From positions 32,001-96,000 of the forward strand of contig CAVSBO010000003.1 of the NCBI GenBank assembly GCA_963726195.1: a DNA stretch of 64,000 bases. The letters run 5' to 3'. A program made the position numbers and the translations under genes. The stretch is from Candidatus Thorarchaeota archaeon. GTDB lineage: Archaea; Asgardarchaeota; Thorarchaeia; Thorarchaeales; Thorarchaeaceae. This document shows, piece by piece, positions 1 to 10,984 of this stretch; position 1 is the stretch's first letter, and every line of letters starts with the position of its first letter. A model generated the notes under the pieces. It saw only the letters and a program-made list of their open reading frames with translations, had not been told where the DNA came from and did not search any database.

Positions 1-1
1 T

Positions 2-526
2 GGCACAGCTGTAGCGAACGGTTCTCTCAGCGCCGAGAAACCTTTCGTGGGCGTGAGTGTCGATGGGTTGAGCATTGGTACCTACGTTTACACATGCTGG
101 GTCAACGACACAAGCGGCAACTCTGCAACCGACAATGTAACTGTTCATGTGAAAAGGTACGACATACCTCCGCAGTTCGTCGTGACTCCGTCAACAATCT
201 ACTACTCTCTCGGTGACACGAACATGGTGCGAAACTGGACAGTAAGGGACCAGTTCAAGCTGAGCTACAACATAACCGTTGACGGTCTTCTCGTTGTGTC
301 AGAGAAGTGGAATTCTGAGGTCATTAGATTTGACTTCTCAGGTCTCTCTCAGGGGCAGCATTCAGTGGTTCTCATAGTCCTAGACCTTGGAGGAAACACT
401 GCGTCTTCACAAGTCCTTGTCATCGTATCATCTCCAATGATTGTAAATGCGATGATAGTGGGTGGCTTGGCTGCCGTAGGAATTATGGCCGTAGCATTCG
501 TAGTTTGGTTTGTAAAGTACAGGTAG
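2..526 (+). CDS. C-terminal part of a cell-surface glycoprotein with Ig-like repeats and a C-terminal membrane anchor (5' end outside the window)
   Basis: Frame is open from position 2. Beta-rich repeats (GLSIGTYVYTCWVNDTSGNSATDNVTVHV; GLSQGQHSVVLIVLDLGGNTASSQVLVIV), NxS/T sequons, and a terminal TM helix ending KYR. Same repeat type as 27542..29284. Confidence 0.75.
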   Translation, partial: GTAVANGSLSAEKPFVGVSVDGLSIGTYVYTCWVNDTSGNSATDNVTVHVKRYDIPPQFVVTPSTIYYSLGDTNMVRNWTVRDQFKLSYNITVDGLLVVSEKWNSEVIRFDFSGLSQGQHSVVLIVLDLGGNTASSQVLVIVSSPMIVNAMIVGGLAAVGIMAVAFVVWFVKYR

Positions 527-609
527 TCTCGTAGGCGTCTTGGGTCGTCATCCTTTTATCGACTGTAGGTTGCACACCACGAACCGACTACTAGTTAGAC
601 ATTTACTCG

Positions 610-1915
610 GTGAGCTCAATGAAGTACCTGCATGTCAAAGATGTGCTTGATGGAAAATGCGACGGAAAGAGAGTCGCCCTTCGGGGTTGGGTCCACAGGA
701 TCAGAAAGCAGAAAACCATGGTCTTTGTTCTTCTCCGTGACCATTCGGGCGTCGTTCAGACTGTGGTTAAGCAGGGCTCTGTCAGCGACCAAACATATGC
801 AGATGCAGACAGAATGCTCGTCGAGTCGCTCGTTACTTTGGAGGGAGTTGCAAAGACTGACCGGAGGGCCGAGGGCGGTTATGAAGTACAGGTTGACAAG
901 CTACAGGTGCTTCAGTTTGCGGAAGAGTTTCCAATCACCGAGGACCAAAGCGTGGAGTTTCTGAACGACTACAGACACCTCTGGCTAAGGTCGAGGAAGA
1001 TAACCAACATCCTGAAGGTGAGGGACCAAGTCTTCTTCGCCTCAAGAGAGTATCTCCGCAAGAACGGATTCTACGAGACGACTTCCCCGATGTTCGTGGC
1101 CACGATGGGCGAGGAAGGAGCAGACCTCTTCGAGGTCGACTACTTCGGGAGGAAAGCCTACCTCACGCAAACTTCCCAAATGCATCTCGAACCTCAGATA
1201 GTTGGCCTTGAGAGGGTATTCACCCTGGCCCCTTCCTTCAGAGCTGAAAAGTCGCGAACGAGGAAGCACTTGACAGAATACTGGCATCTTGAGGTTGAGG
1301 AAGCTTGGTGCGACCACGAAGCCAACCTGAAGAGACAGGAGGAGCTGAATCAGCTACATCTGCCAATCAGTAGCACAGAACCGAAGTGGGGAAGTGCGAG
1401 AGCTTGGGGTGGACCCAAAAAGGCTTCTAGACGTGAAGCCGCCGTTCGATAGAATCACGTACACTGAGGCGATTGAGATTTGTACGAAGGCGGGCCTTGA
1501 CATAAAGTGGGGCGAAGATATCCGAACCGAAGCAGAGGACATACTAACAAAGGACAGCGACAAGTTCCTCTTTGTCCAGTTCTATCCAAAGGAGATCAAG
1601 TCCTTCTACATGAAGCACAATGACGCCGACCCGCGAACATACAAGAACGATGACCTTCTCGCTCCAAGAGGTTTCGGCGAAATCATAGGTGGCAGCCAAC
1701 GCGAGGACGAAGAATCACGAATCATTGAGAACCTGACGCGGATCGGGGACGATCCGGCGAAGTATCAATGGTACATTGAACTAAGGAAGTACGGGAGTGT
1801 CGAGCACTCCGGTTTTGGCGTGGGCATTGACAGACTAATCACTTGGATGCTCAACTTGGAGCATATTCGAGAGTGTGTGCCTTTCCCACGCGACGTAAGA
1901 AGACTGTATCCGTGA
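610..1915 (+). CDS. asnS: Asparagine--tRNA ligase (one frameshift at ~1348)
   Basis: OB-fold RGWVHRIR...LRDHSG, motif 2 FRAEKSRTRKHLTEYWHLE, GEIIGGSQRE, motif 3 YGSVEHSGFGVGIDRL...PFPR. Removing one A at 1348-1349 joins ORFs 610..1452 and 1394..1915 (QEEL-ISYICQSVAQNR). Confidence 0.93.
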
Positions 1916-1957
1916 GCTCAGTGGCAAGATGTTGCAAAGTGATCTTCAGAAAGTTGT

Positions 1958-2185
1958 CTATTCAAGGTCACGTTTCATCCTGATTAGCTCACGCTGATGA
2001 ACTCGCACCATATAGACCGAGAACGCCAAACCCACAAGCCCGGCAGCTACTCCGACGAGCCACAGGTCGCTTGCTAAGGGGTGATGCAGCCATTTCGTGA
2101 GTAGGTATACATTTAGACTAAAGAAGAAAACCCCGAAGGTCACAATGACTGAATAGAACGACCAAGGCATCTTCACTTTGCTCAA
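1958..2185 (-). CDS. Small two-TM membrane protein
   Basis: 75 aa with two hydrophobic helices and a basic C-terminal tail. Confidence 0.65.
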   Translation of the reverse strand: MSKVKMPWSFYSVIVTFGVFFFSLNVYLLTKWLHHPLASDLWLVGVAAGLVGLAFSVYMVRVHQRELIRMKRDLE

Positions 2186-2289
2186 TCACTGCACCAAGAT
2201 TAATCGCAACGGTTTAACATAAAGAGTTTTGCCGATGTTGCTAGATGACTTCTGGGTGCATTATCGTATCACATCGTAATTGGCTCTCA

Positions 2290-3201
2290 CTAGGTCTCTG
2301 CGTCTTGGTCTGTGCCCTCAGGGGCAGTTTGTTCTTCTTTCTCAGATTCAAGCGGACTGACGAGAAGACCTTGAGCGGTGACTTTGAGCACAACTCTCTT
2401 TTCAATGCCTGCGAGCCTTCTCACGGTCTCCGGGATCACCATTCTTCCCTTTGCATCAATTTCACTTATGTCACCGTAGAGCACGTGTCTCTGACCCTCA
2501 ATCAAGCCATCTCTGATACGGAGAACACGACTAGCATATTCAGCAACTCTCGGATTGTGAGTCACGTTGATGATTGTTGTTTCAAAATCCATGTTTATTC
2601 TCTTTAGGGCCTCCATCACCATTTCTGTGGTTTCCGTATCAAGTTCGCCGGTCACCTCATCTGCGAGAAGCATTTCCGGCTTGTTGGCCAACGCCACACA
2701 TATCGCTACTCTCTGGTTTTCACCACCCGATAGCTGGTGCGGCTTGTGCTGCATTCTGTTCTGTAAACCCATTGTCTCTAGCAACATTCGTGCTCTCTCA
2801 TCTGCAGCCTGCCCCTGCACACCTGCCAGCTTCATTGGGAGCTTGACATTTTTGATGGCCGACAAACCAGGAACCAGATTACCCGTCTGCCAAACAAACC
2901 CAACCATGCGCCTTCTATAGATCATTGACCTGTAATCGTCCAAGAGCGTTATATTATGGCCATCGAAAAGGACTACACCGGCCGTTGGTTTGTCAAGAGC
3001 TCCGAGCAACTTGAGCAACGTAGACTTGCCGGAACCTGACGGACCCACAATGGAGAGAAACTCTTTTGGTCTGACCTCAAAGTCAATTCCTCTGAGTGCA
3101 ATGACCTCTTTGGTTCCTCGACGGTAGACCTTCATGAGATCCCTCACAATGACCTTGTAGTCTTTTGCAATCTGCTCCAGGTCTTCTGACATATCATTCA
3201 T
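2290..3201 (-). CDS. ABC transporter ATP-binding protein (LolD/FtsE/MacB-type) with a C-terminal AbrB/MazE-like domain
   Basis: Walker A GPSGSGKST, LSGGENQRV, LLADE, VTHN. C-terminal EIDAKGRMVIPETVRRLAGI is an AbrB-type swapped-hairpin signature. Confidence 0.9.
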   Translation of the reverse strand: MNDMSEDLEQIAKDYKVIVRDLMKVYRRGTKEVIALRGIDFEVRPKEFLSIVGPSGSGKSTLLKLLGALDKPTAGVVLFDGHNITLLDDYRSMIYRRRMVGFVWQTGNLVPGLSAIKNVKLPMKLAGVQGQAADERARMLLETMGLQNRMQHKPHQLSGGENQRVAICVALANKPEMLLADEVTGELDTETTEMVMEALKRINMDFETTIINVTHNPRVAEYASRVLRIRDGLIEGQRHVLYGDISEIDAKGRMVIPETVRRLAGIEKRVVLKVTAQGLLVSPLESEKEEQTAPEGTDQDAET

Positions 3202-6022
3202 TCCTCAACTTGGATTTCTTCAGCGATGTTTGCGCTCAGGCCTCTCTTCGTAACGATGAGGGTTGAGCACAAAGAACACAGGAAGGTTAGGCCGACAATT
3301 GACAGAAGCAACTCCGTCGGTATGACAAGTCCGATTGGCAAGCGTGACCAAATTGCAGCGGTCTCAGTCCCAAAGAACATCAGTGGAATCTTCATGAACA
3401 GGTATGTGAGAACGAGACTCAGGAGAGCGCCTATCGCGGCAGCAATCATAAGTCCTACTACCGTCTCTACCGCAACTGATATGCTGATGGACCTTGTCTC
3501 TCCTCCGATGGCTCTGAACACAGAAAGCTGTCTCCTTAGCTTGTGTATTCTCTCCACAGATACGAGACCAACTCCTAATGTTAGGAATGCTACTGAGAAG
3601 ACAATGTTCAGAGTGTACACTCCAAAAACCGCTCTGCCTGCTCTCGACGCGAGGGCATCATCTATTCTCTTGAGGCCAGAGTCAATTGTCTTGAAGCTAT
3701 CAGGTGCGATACTGTGCAGATCTTGAATCACTTTCGTGTAGTTAGCGTTATCATTGAGGTGTATGTATAGACTGTCTATTTTCGCCGTCCTGAGACACGA
3801 CTGAACATAGGGGAGATTGATTATGAGAAAATCGCTTAAGTCAGGTTGCCCCGGAAAATAGGTCTCTCCTTGGCCTTCCAAGTTTTGAGCCAGCACATCC
3901 ACAATTGTGCAGGTGCTTCTGTTCACCCAACTCGTACCTTGGACTGTCAGTTCGAGGCTGTTGCCATATGTGACAGTTTCCCCTGAGGGACTATACGAGC
4001 GAGAAATGACCGGTTTGAAAGAAGTAATCACGCTTGAATTGCTCTGCGCAAGACGCTGTAAGGATGCCTGCGGGTCGCCGCTGTATGCGAAGTAGGGCAG
4101 CCAGAAACCAGCTTGGAACCACTTGGACGGTTGGACTGCGAACATGCGGATGGACCTATTCTGCATCACAGTACCGAAGTAGCTTGCGTCTGCGTACCTG
4201 ATGTAGGCATTCGTGGAAAACATCGCGGCAACGGAGCTTACACCGTCGACAGCTGTGAGATTGTTTACGATGTTGAGTGTCAGGTTTTCTTTTCCACTAC
4301 TGATGTCGATCCTTACGTCAGCACCGGATTCGAACATAAGGAGGTCTCTCATATGATAGTAGCCTGTCGTGGCAGAAACCCCCGAGAACAGGCCCGCAGT
4401 GAATACCATCGCGAGAAATACGACGCCGAGGGATTGGGTTTTGCGGTACAGAACTAGGTTGCGACTGACAATCCTTGCCCCAGCTGATAGCGAAGGTCTC
4501 TTCAGCCAACTGAGAACCCTTGCTTGCACACTTGCTGCCGGTCTGGATAGAATACGCGTGAAACTGAACAAGAAAAGAGCAAGGAACCAAACCATAGTGA
4601 ACAATATTGAGGCCTGAATTGAGGGATCGGCGACATAGCTGAAATACCCCGATTATCCCAGTAAGAACGAAAGCGCTGATTCCTAAAGCGATGATGTCGG
4701 CCCACGGAGTCTGAGACATTTCAGGCACCGACAGGTCTTCCCGAGCAATTGCCGCGTGGGCTTCGGTGGCTGACATCGTTAGTGCGCGAACCGCGCTTGG
4801 GAGTGCCACAATGAATCCAACTGTAAACGAAAACCCGAATACGAACGCGAGTGATTCTAGAGGCGGAGCAAAGGTGAACACTTGGAGCTGAGAGAACTGA
4901 AACTCAAGCAGAGTTCTCACAGTACCCGACAGAGCCGCCGCAAGATAACCGACGATGACTGCGCCCACACTGCCTACCAGCCCTGTAAACAGAGCTGCTG
5001 TCATTATCCACATGAAAGCTTGGGAACCTGATGCTCCTCTGGTTTTGAGAGTGCCCGTGTCTCTTCTTCTTTGGTCAGCGGAAAGCGTCGACTCATAGTT
5101 AACCAACATCACACCCATGATTATCGTGGGAAGTGATGCACAGACGGAGACTGCACTCATGCTGGAAGACCATGCAGAGAACTCGGACACTGCGTCCAAT
5201 AGCTTGAACCCATTGTTTGCGACATCTGCAAACGGAAGAGACTCTCTGTTCAATTCGCCGTGCGATGTCGTTGAGCTGGGTCGTGGCGACTGCAGCGCCG
5301 CTCCTAATGACTGCCCCCCTGTCGAGTGCAACCCATATCTGTTGTTCAGGGCTTGCGTATCCAGACCCATTCGGATTACCAAAAACTATCGACATTGAGT
5401 GCCTTGTTGTGACAACCCTGAGAGTGGAAATCTGAGGCCCCAAATAATAGAGCGCATGGCTGAATAGCTGTGAGTTAAAAACCCCAACAACGCGAAGTGT
5501 CTGATTCAATTCAATCCTGTTACCGTGTTCATCATAGGAGTAGGCATGGAATGTAAGGTTCTTGCCGACGTCAGTGCCCCAGAAGCCCAGCATCTCCTTT
5601 TGGACATAGCAAGTGCTATCGTTGAGCTGGGGGCTGCCCGGCGTCAGATGAATTGCATTCTGAAATGTGTGGAATAATGAATCGTCCACGCCGAGATATG
5701 TCAATTCCGAATACTCGTAGTTTGTCTGATTATAATCCCAAGTCTGAATGCAAGAGACCACCTCTGTTGCGGTAACGTACTGCTGTTCTTGTGCAATGTG
5801 TGTTATGTTTTCCAGTGACGTTGCGTTTTGCTGGTAGAAAGCCCATGTGAGTTCGAGTTGCATGTCAACTGGGACCTGCTGGACTCCAGCTTGGAAAACC
5901 TCTGGACCGGTCCAATCCAAGTAGAAGATGACGCCACCGACAACACCCGAAGAAAGGGCGAAGATGAAAAAGGAAGCGACCAGCCGTGGGCCGCGAGCAG
6001 CCAAAGATGAGGGTATGAACAC
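3198..6022 (-). CDS. FtsX/MacB-like ABC permease (~940 aa; frameshifts at ~5241 and ~4642)
   Basis: Two FtsX motifs (QRRRDTGTLKTRGAS; LRRQLSVFRAIGG) and large extracellular domains. Three overlapping ORFs join in register after single-base corrections. Confidence 0.85.
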
Positions 6023-8846
6023 TCACAGTTCACCTCCATACGGATTTGCTTCGGCCCAAGCCGCATTGAGCGCCGTGGCTAGGTTCACCCTCGGGCTCAG
6101 GGCTGCCACGACCGCGACAAAACCCGCTGTTGACCCCACGAATAGTAGAAGAATCAGAACAAACTGCGCCCAAGGAACCACAACTGCGACAGCCACAGGG
6201 AAGATGTAGTAACTGGTGCCGTACAAGACTAACGTATTGATTATGAGAATCGGTGAAAACACGAGTGCGAGTAGGAGGCTCAAGAAAGCCAGGACCAGCA
6301 TTTCTGTACCTTGTGTCTTGGCCACAAGACCCGTATCCGATCCCATTGCCCTGAGCAGAGCCATTTCCCGACGTCGCGCCTGAATATCCTCCCCAGCATA
6401 CACAGTGAATGCTGCAAACAAGGACAGGATCATGCAGACAGTAAACATTGTGTCAACGGATCGGTCCATTTTGTATGTAGCCTGATTTATGTAACCGGTC
6501 AAGTCCTTTGTGACGGAGGCCCAATCACCATCACCGATAGTGACATTCCAGGCCGAGCCGATAATCTGCTGAGCAAGGTTTGTGCCATTCACGTCTGGGT
6601 AGGTCCTGATACAATACAGGGGCACTCCTTCCACCGTTAGATTGACTTGTTCCGACAGATACTCCCTGTTGGTCCATACCGTATTCATGCCCACTTGATT
6701 GTACCCATAGTAATAGTACGGAGACGAAAACACTGTAATTGAATAAGCCCCGTAGAACACAAGTGAGGAAGGTTGTTTGTAGCCTGTATCAACAAGAAGA
6801 GCACTGCTCAGCGCGGGCACCACAGCGAGTATCGTGAAAACGATTACTTTCGTTTCGCTTGTAGAAGAATACGATGTACGTAACGCGTCTCCAACACTCA
6901 GGCCATACTCTGTCGCAATGTCGGAGGTGATGATTATCCCATTTGGAGTGGATGCGAGACCAAGCATTGCCTCCTTGAGTTGTGAGGATTCGAGCGGAGT
7001 TCCGCTGGAATCATAGCCGACCTCCAAGTATTCAGAAGGGTCCATTACCACAGCAGTCGTGTACTCGTAGTTGGTCGCTGAGAGCATCATGTTGAGGACA
7101 GACAGAGATGCTCCTGCCTGTACTCCTGAATGAGATGACGCATTGCCGACAAAGTTGCGCCTGTCCCAGGGCGACAGCTTGTCGAGGTGGAATGTCAGAT
7201 CCGCTCCAAAAGCGAATCTTGCTTGATCCAACTTCGTGGCTGGAATAGATGTGCCAACGAACGCGTAACCCCACGCAATGGTCAAGCTGAGCACTATGAT
7301 CACTGCAACGAGGCCTGCTGACGATGCTTCCTTACCGATTCTTCTGACCGCGTATGCCGGAAGGCGACCAGTGATTCGTGACAGCCTTTGGGATAACCAA
7401 TATGCGCCGCGTCTAAAACCCTTGACAGTCAGACTTGCGAGTCCTAGGAACAATGTGATAGGCGAGAGGTACGCTATCATTGTCAATGCTGGATTCATCT
7501 GAATAGCGGGACCTGCAGTGTATGTCAGAGACATCGCCAGCCCGGAGAGTATCAGGATCGCAAAGTCCCAACGCACGATGGCAAGCACTCTGGATACTCT
7601 GGCGAGTTTTCCTCCCTGGACTTCTGCGCTCATCCTTGTCTTGTAGAATGCCTTGTACACTAGAAACGCTGAAGCCGGCAGGAGTGAGCCAATAATCACA
7701 GACATCAAGATGGATTCGACACTAACCAAGAGCGGCTCACTCCAGAATCGCGACGCGTCAAACTCGAAGAAACCCGTGGCTGAGACAGTCTATCCTGCTG
7801 ACAAGCAGACCGAAGAACACCCCAAGAAACAACCCAGCGACCGTGAGCACAGCAAGTTCCTTGATGACCATGTGGTCCAAGTCTGAATTTGATGCTCCTC
7901 TTGATATCAGCATGCTGCTTTCATACCGGCGATCGTTGATGTTGAACCGGAGCGCCAGAAGCATCGTGAGCAGGACAATCAGTATCACTGCTGCTCCTCT
8001 CGCGACTTCAGAGAACCGCATTGCCATTCTCCAGCTCATGAAGGAACCGATGGCATTTGCTAACGAGTCCTGTACATAGAATCGCGTGTAGTAGTAATTC
8101 TGTGGATTGTAGCTGGGGTCAAGGGCTTTGATACTTTCCTCGATGCTACGCATATAGTTCCATGCAGCGTTGGCGTCATATGGTGTCAAGGGCGTCCTGT
8201 CCACATCGACAAGCACAGTAGGCTGCATGTTGGTTTGGCTCATCAGTGTGTTGTTCACTACTGCCACACCTAAAGAGTAGTAGGAATACTCAGATGTCAT
8301 CAACGGAGTAGAATAGACCCCCACGACCTTCAGAACTGACCAATTGGGATATACCGAGCAGTTGACGGTGTCCCCAATCCCTATGTGGAGTTGCTCAACG
8401 ACATTCACGAGTAGCGCGGTCTCTGACGTGTTCTTCGGCAGTCGCCCTTGCAGGAACACAAATGATTCCGGAAAAACGCCAAGGAAGTCCGAACCAAGCT
8501 CGACAATACTCCCATAGTACTGATCAAGGCTGGTTTGGTTCCCTGCACTCAGAATCGCCCACGTGCTCTCGAGATAAGCGGCCCTCTCTATTCCCGGCAA
8601 GCCTCTGATGGTCGTGACCATCTCCGCAAGTGTGGGCGAGTAGTATCTATCGGATACTGAGACTGACATTGCAAAGGGTCCGATGTCTGTCATGGTGACC
8701 CACTCATGCACTGAGTACGAATCCACGTACGCCGCTATTCCCATGACCATCGTGGTAGCGAGAACAAAACACGCGAGTGTCATGCCTTTTCTTCTGAGAC
8801 CGCGCGCAAACTCATAGTCCGCTGGAGCTGCGGCCATCTCACTCAC
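6023..8846 (-). CDS. Second FtsX/MacB-like ABC permease (~940 aa; frameshift at ~7789)
   Basis: FtsX motifs DRRYESSMLISRGAS and ARRREMALLRAMGSD, plus FGADL. ORFs 7758..8846 and 6023..7729 join (SRI-AVSATGFFEFD). Confidence 0.85.
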
Positions 8847-9550
8847 CCGGAGCGCTCCTCGACGATGAGACCATCTCTCATGTTGTATACTCGATCCATT
8901 TGTTTACCGACATCAGGATCATGAGTCACAACGATGAGAGTACCCCCTTCTTCCTTGGTCAAACCAATCAGTACCTTCATGACGTCTGAACCAGTTAGCG
9001 TATCTAAGTCTCCAGTTGGTTCGTCCGCCAAGACTATGACTGAGCTGGTTGTGCCCTTCGGCTTCGCCAGTGCACGAGCAATTGCGACGCGCTGTTGTTC
9101 TCCGCCGGATAGCTCGTCAGGCCTATGATCCGCTCTCTCCGTGAGGCCGACTAGCCCAAGTAGATAATCGACTTTCTCCTTTCTCTCTGTCTCGGGAACA
9201 CCGCTGATAAGAAGCGGCAATTCGACATTCTCGTACGCCGTCAAGACGGGAAGCAGATTGAAGAACTGGAACACGAATGAAATCTTGTTCCTTCTAATGA
9301 GCGTCAATTCGCTCTCGCTCATGTGAGTAATGTCCACGCCGTCTATGATGACGCGTCCGTCTGTGGGTCTGTCGAGCGCGCCAATGAGATTGAGAAGAGT
9401 TGTCTTGCCTGAGCCCGATGGGCCCATGATTCCGATCGCTTCACCTCGCGTTACCCTGAGCGTGACACCTCTTAGGGCTGGAACCTTGATCTCGCCCATC
9501 TTGTATATCTTCGACACTGAGTCCAGGTCGACAACGTTTTCGGAACTCAT
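8843..9550 (-). CDS. ABC transporter ATP-binding protein (LolD-type)
   Basis: GPSGSGKTT, FVFQFFNL, LSGGEQQRVAIARAL, LADEPTG, VTHD. Likely start is MSSENVV at 9550; overlaps the permease start. Confidence 0.93.
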   Translation of the reverse strand: MSSENVVDLDSVSKIYKMGEIKVPALRGVTLRVTRGEAIGIMGPSGSGKTTLLNLIGALDRPTDGRVIIDGVDITHMSESELTLIRRNKISFVFQFFNLLPVLTAYENVELPLLISGVPETERKEKVDYLLGLVGLTERADHRPDELSGGEQQRVAIARALAKPKGTTSSVIVLADEPTGDLDTLTGSDVMKVLIGLTKEEGGTLIVVTHDPDVGKQMDRVYNMRDGLIVEERSG

Positions 9551-9804
9551 CCAATTCCTCCCACGGCCAATAACTGCGGAGAAGTTACCGAATCTTGACC
9601 TCATTTGCTAATAAACAACGTCCTGCCAGCAGAGCAAGTCTCTCTCGGGCCAAACATCATGGAAAACCAATGCTCACGCATCGAGGCAGCGCTCCTCCTA
9701 TGGTATGATTTCGGACATCTGCAAACCTTGTGCGGAGAGAGCAGAACCTTTATCTCATCATTGGACATATTTGGTCATAGAATAGATAAAGAGAATCGGA
9801 AGGA

Positions 9805-10449
9805 ATGTCTGAGGGAACATTGCATGGAGAACATTACGAGTTCTTCAGCTGGAGAGGGTTTGGTGTCGGTGCGTCAATAATCGGTGCCTCCATGCTAGTT
9901 CAGTCATCGATAGGGTTCCCCGACATATGGACTAAGTCACCAGTCACTTATCTCATATTGATTGCCACCTCTGCATTAGTCGTGGGCATTTCCTCAGGGG
10001 CTGTGCTAGTCTATCTGGTTGCGCCGAATCAAGACGTGATTGGGCTGTCCGGACTCGGAAGCGACGATGCGAGCCAGCATGTAGTCTCCATACTCGTTCT
10101 GCTAGCTCTCGTGCAACCCGTTATCTCAGGGTATGTGTTCTTCTATCAGTACTTCAATAGCGACCCGCTTGCGGCCATTTGGGTGATGATTGCCTTTGCG
10201 GCACCGACCGCAGGTATTGTTGTCGCCTTTTTCGATAGGCGCGCGGTCGTGATCTCCGACCTGAGGAAGTATTTCCGAACCAACAACCGTCTTGACTTGG
10301 TCGGACTCGAATGGCTCCAAGGTCTTGGGCCACGTACGACAACCTACAGGATTGGCATGCTTGAAACTGCAGCTTCCAAAGTGAAGGGTGTGCAGTTTTC
10401 GGGTCATGAAATCATTACGGAGAAAAAATCGACATCTTTCAACGGCTAG
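9805..10449 (+). CDS. Hypothetical multi-pass membrane protein
   Basis: 214 aa with about 4 TM helices and a soluble C-terminal domain. Confidence 0.7.
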   Translation: MSEGTLHGEHYEFFSWRGFGVGASIIGASMLVQSSIGFPDIWTKSPVTYLILIATSALVVGISSGAVLVYLVAPNQDVIGLSGLGSDDASQHVVSILVLLALVQPVISGYVFFYQYFNSDPLAAIWVMIAFAAPTAGIVVAFFDRRAVVISDLRKYFRTNNRLDLVGLEWLQGLGPRTTTYRIGMLETAASKVKGVQFSGHEIITEKKSTSFNG

Positions 10450-10461
10450 GAGGCCGTTCTG

Positions 10462-10809
10462 TCATCGCTGTTTGTGACGACGGTTCATATGAACGGCAAG
10501 CCCCTCTTCCGTCCATGCAGCCCATGTGCACTTTAGACAGGTGAGCTTCCGACTGCCGACCCCGAAACGAGGAGCGGCTCTCTCCTCCAGCTCATAGATT
10601 GTTCCGCCATAGCCGCTGCTTCTCTTGGAAGTGACTTTGAACCGTTTCTTGAAACAGTCCTCGCAAATCCCAAGTATCTTCTGTTCATCGTTGGAGTAGC
10701 TTTCCTCGAGAGTCTTGCCTGATTTCAATGGGGCTATCTCTTGACCGCAACTCTCGCATAGGTCTGGCGTCGCAATCACCGTTTCCCTAGTATGAGCTAG
10801 GCCTGTCAT
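10462..10809 (-). CDS. Zinc-finger protein (N-terminal C4 ribbon plus C-terminal C2H2 finger)
   Basis: CESC...CEDC, then C-x2-C-x12-H-x4-H (CLKC TWAAWTEEGLAV H MNRR H). Confidence 0.75.
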   Translation of the reverse strand: MTGLAHTRETVIATPDLCESCGQEIAPLKSGKTLEESYSNDEQKILGICEDCFKKRFKVTSKRSSGYGGTIYELEERAAPRFGVGSRKLTCLKCTWAAWTEEGLAVHMNRRHKQR

Positions 10810-10984
10810 TTACGCAGACGACCAGCGACTATTTTACTCTTCCCTGTCACAACTAATGCTACGCAGACAGCAGCCGAGACCGCTGGCGCAAGTATTGGTT
10901 GGTAGCGAATGTCCTTCTCGATTCAACTAGCTACCACAGTCCAAAGGAATCGAAACAATAGCTTGCGGCAGTCGATTCGAGATT

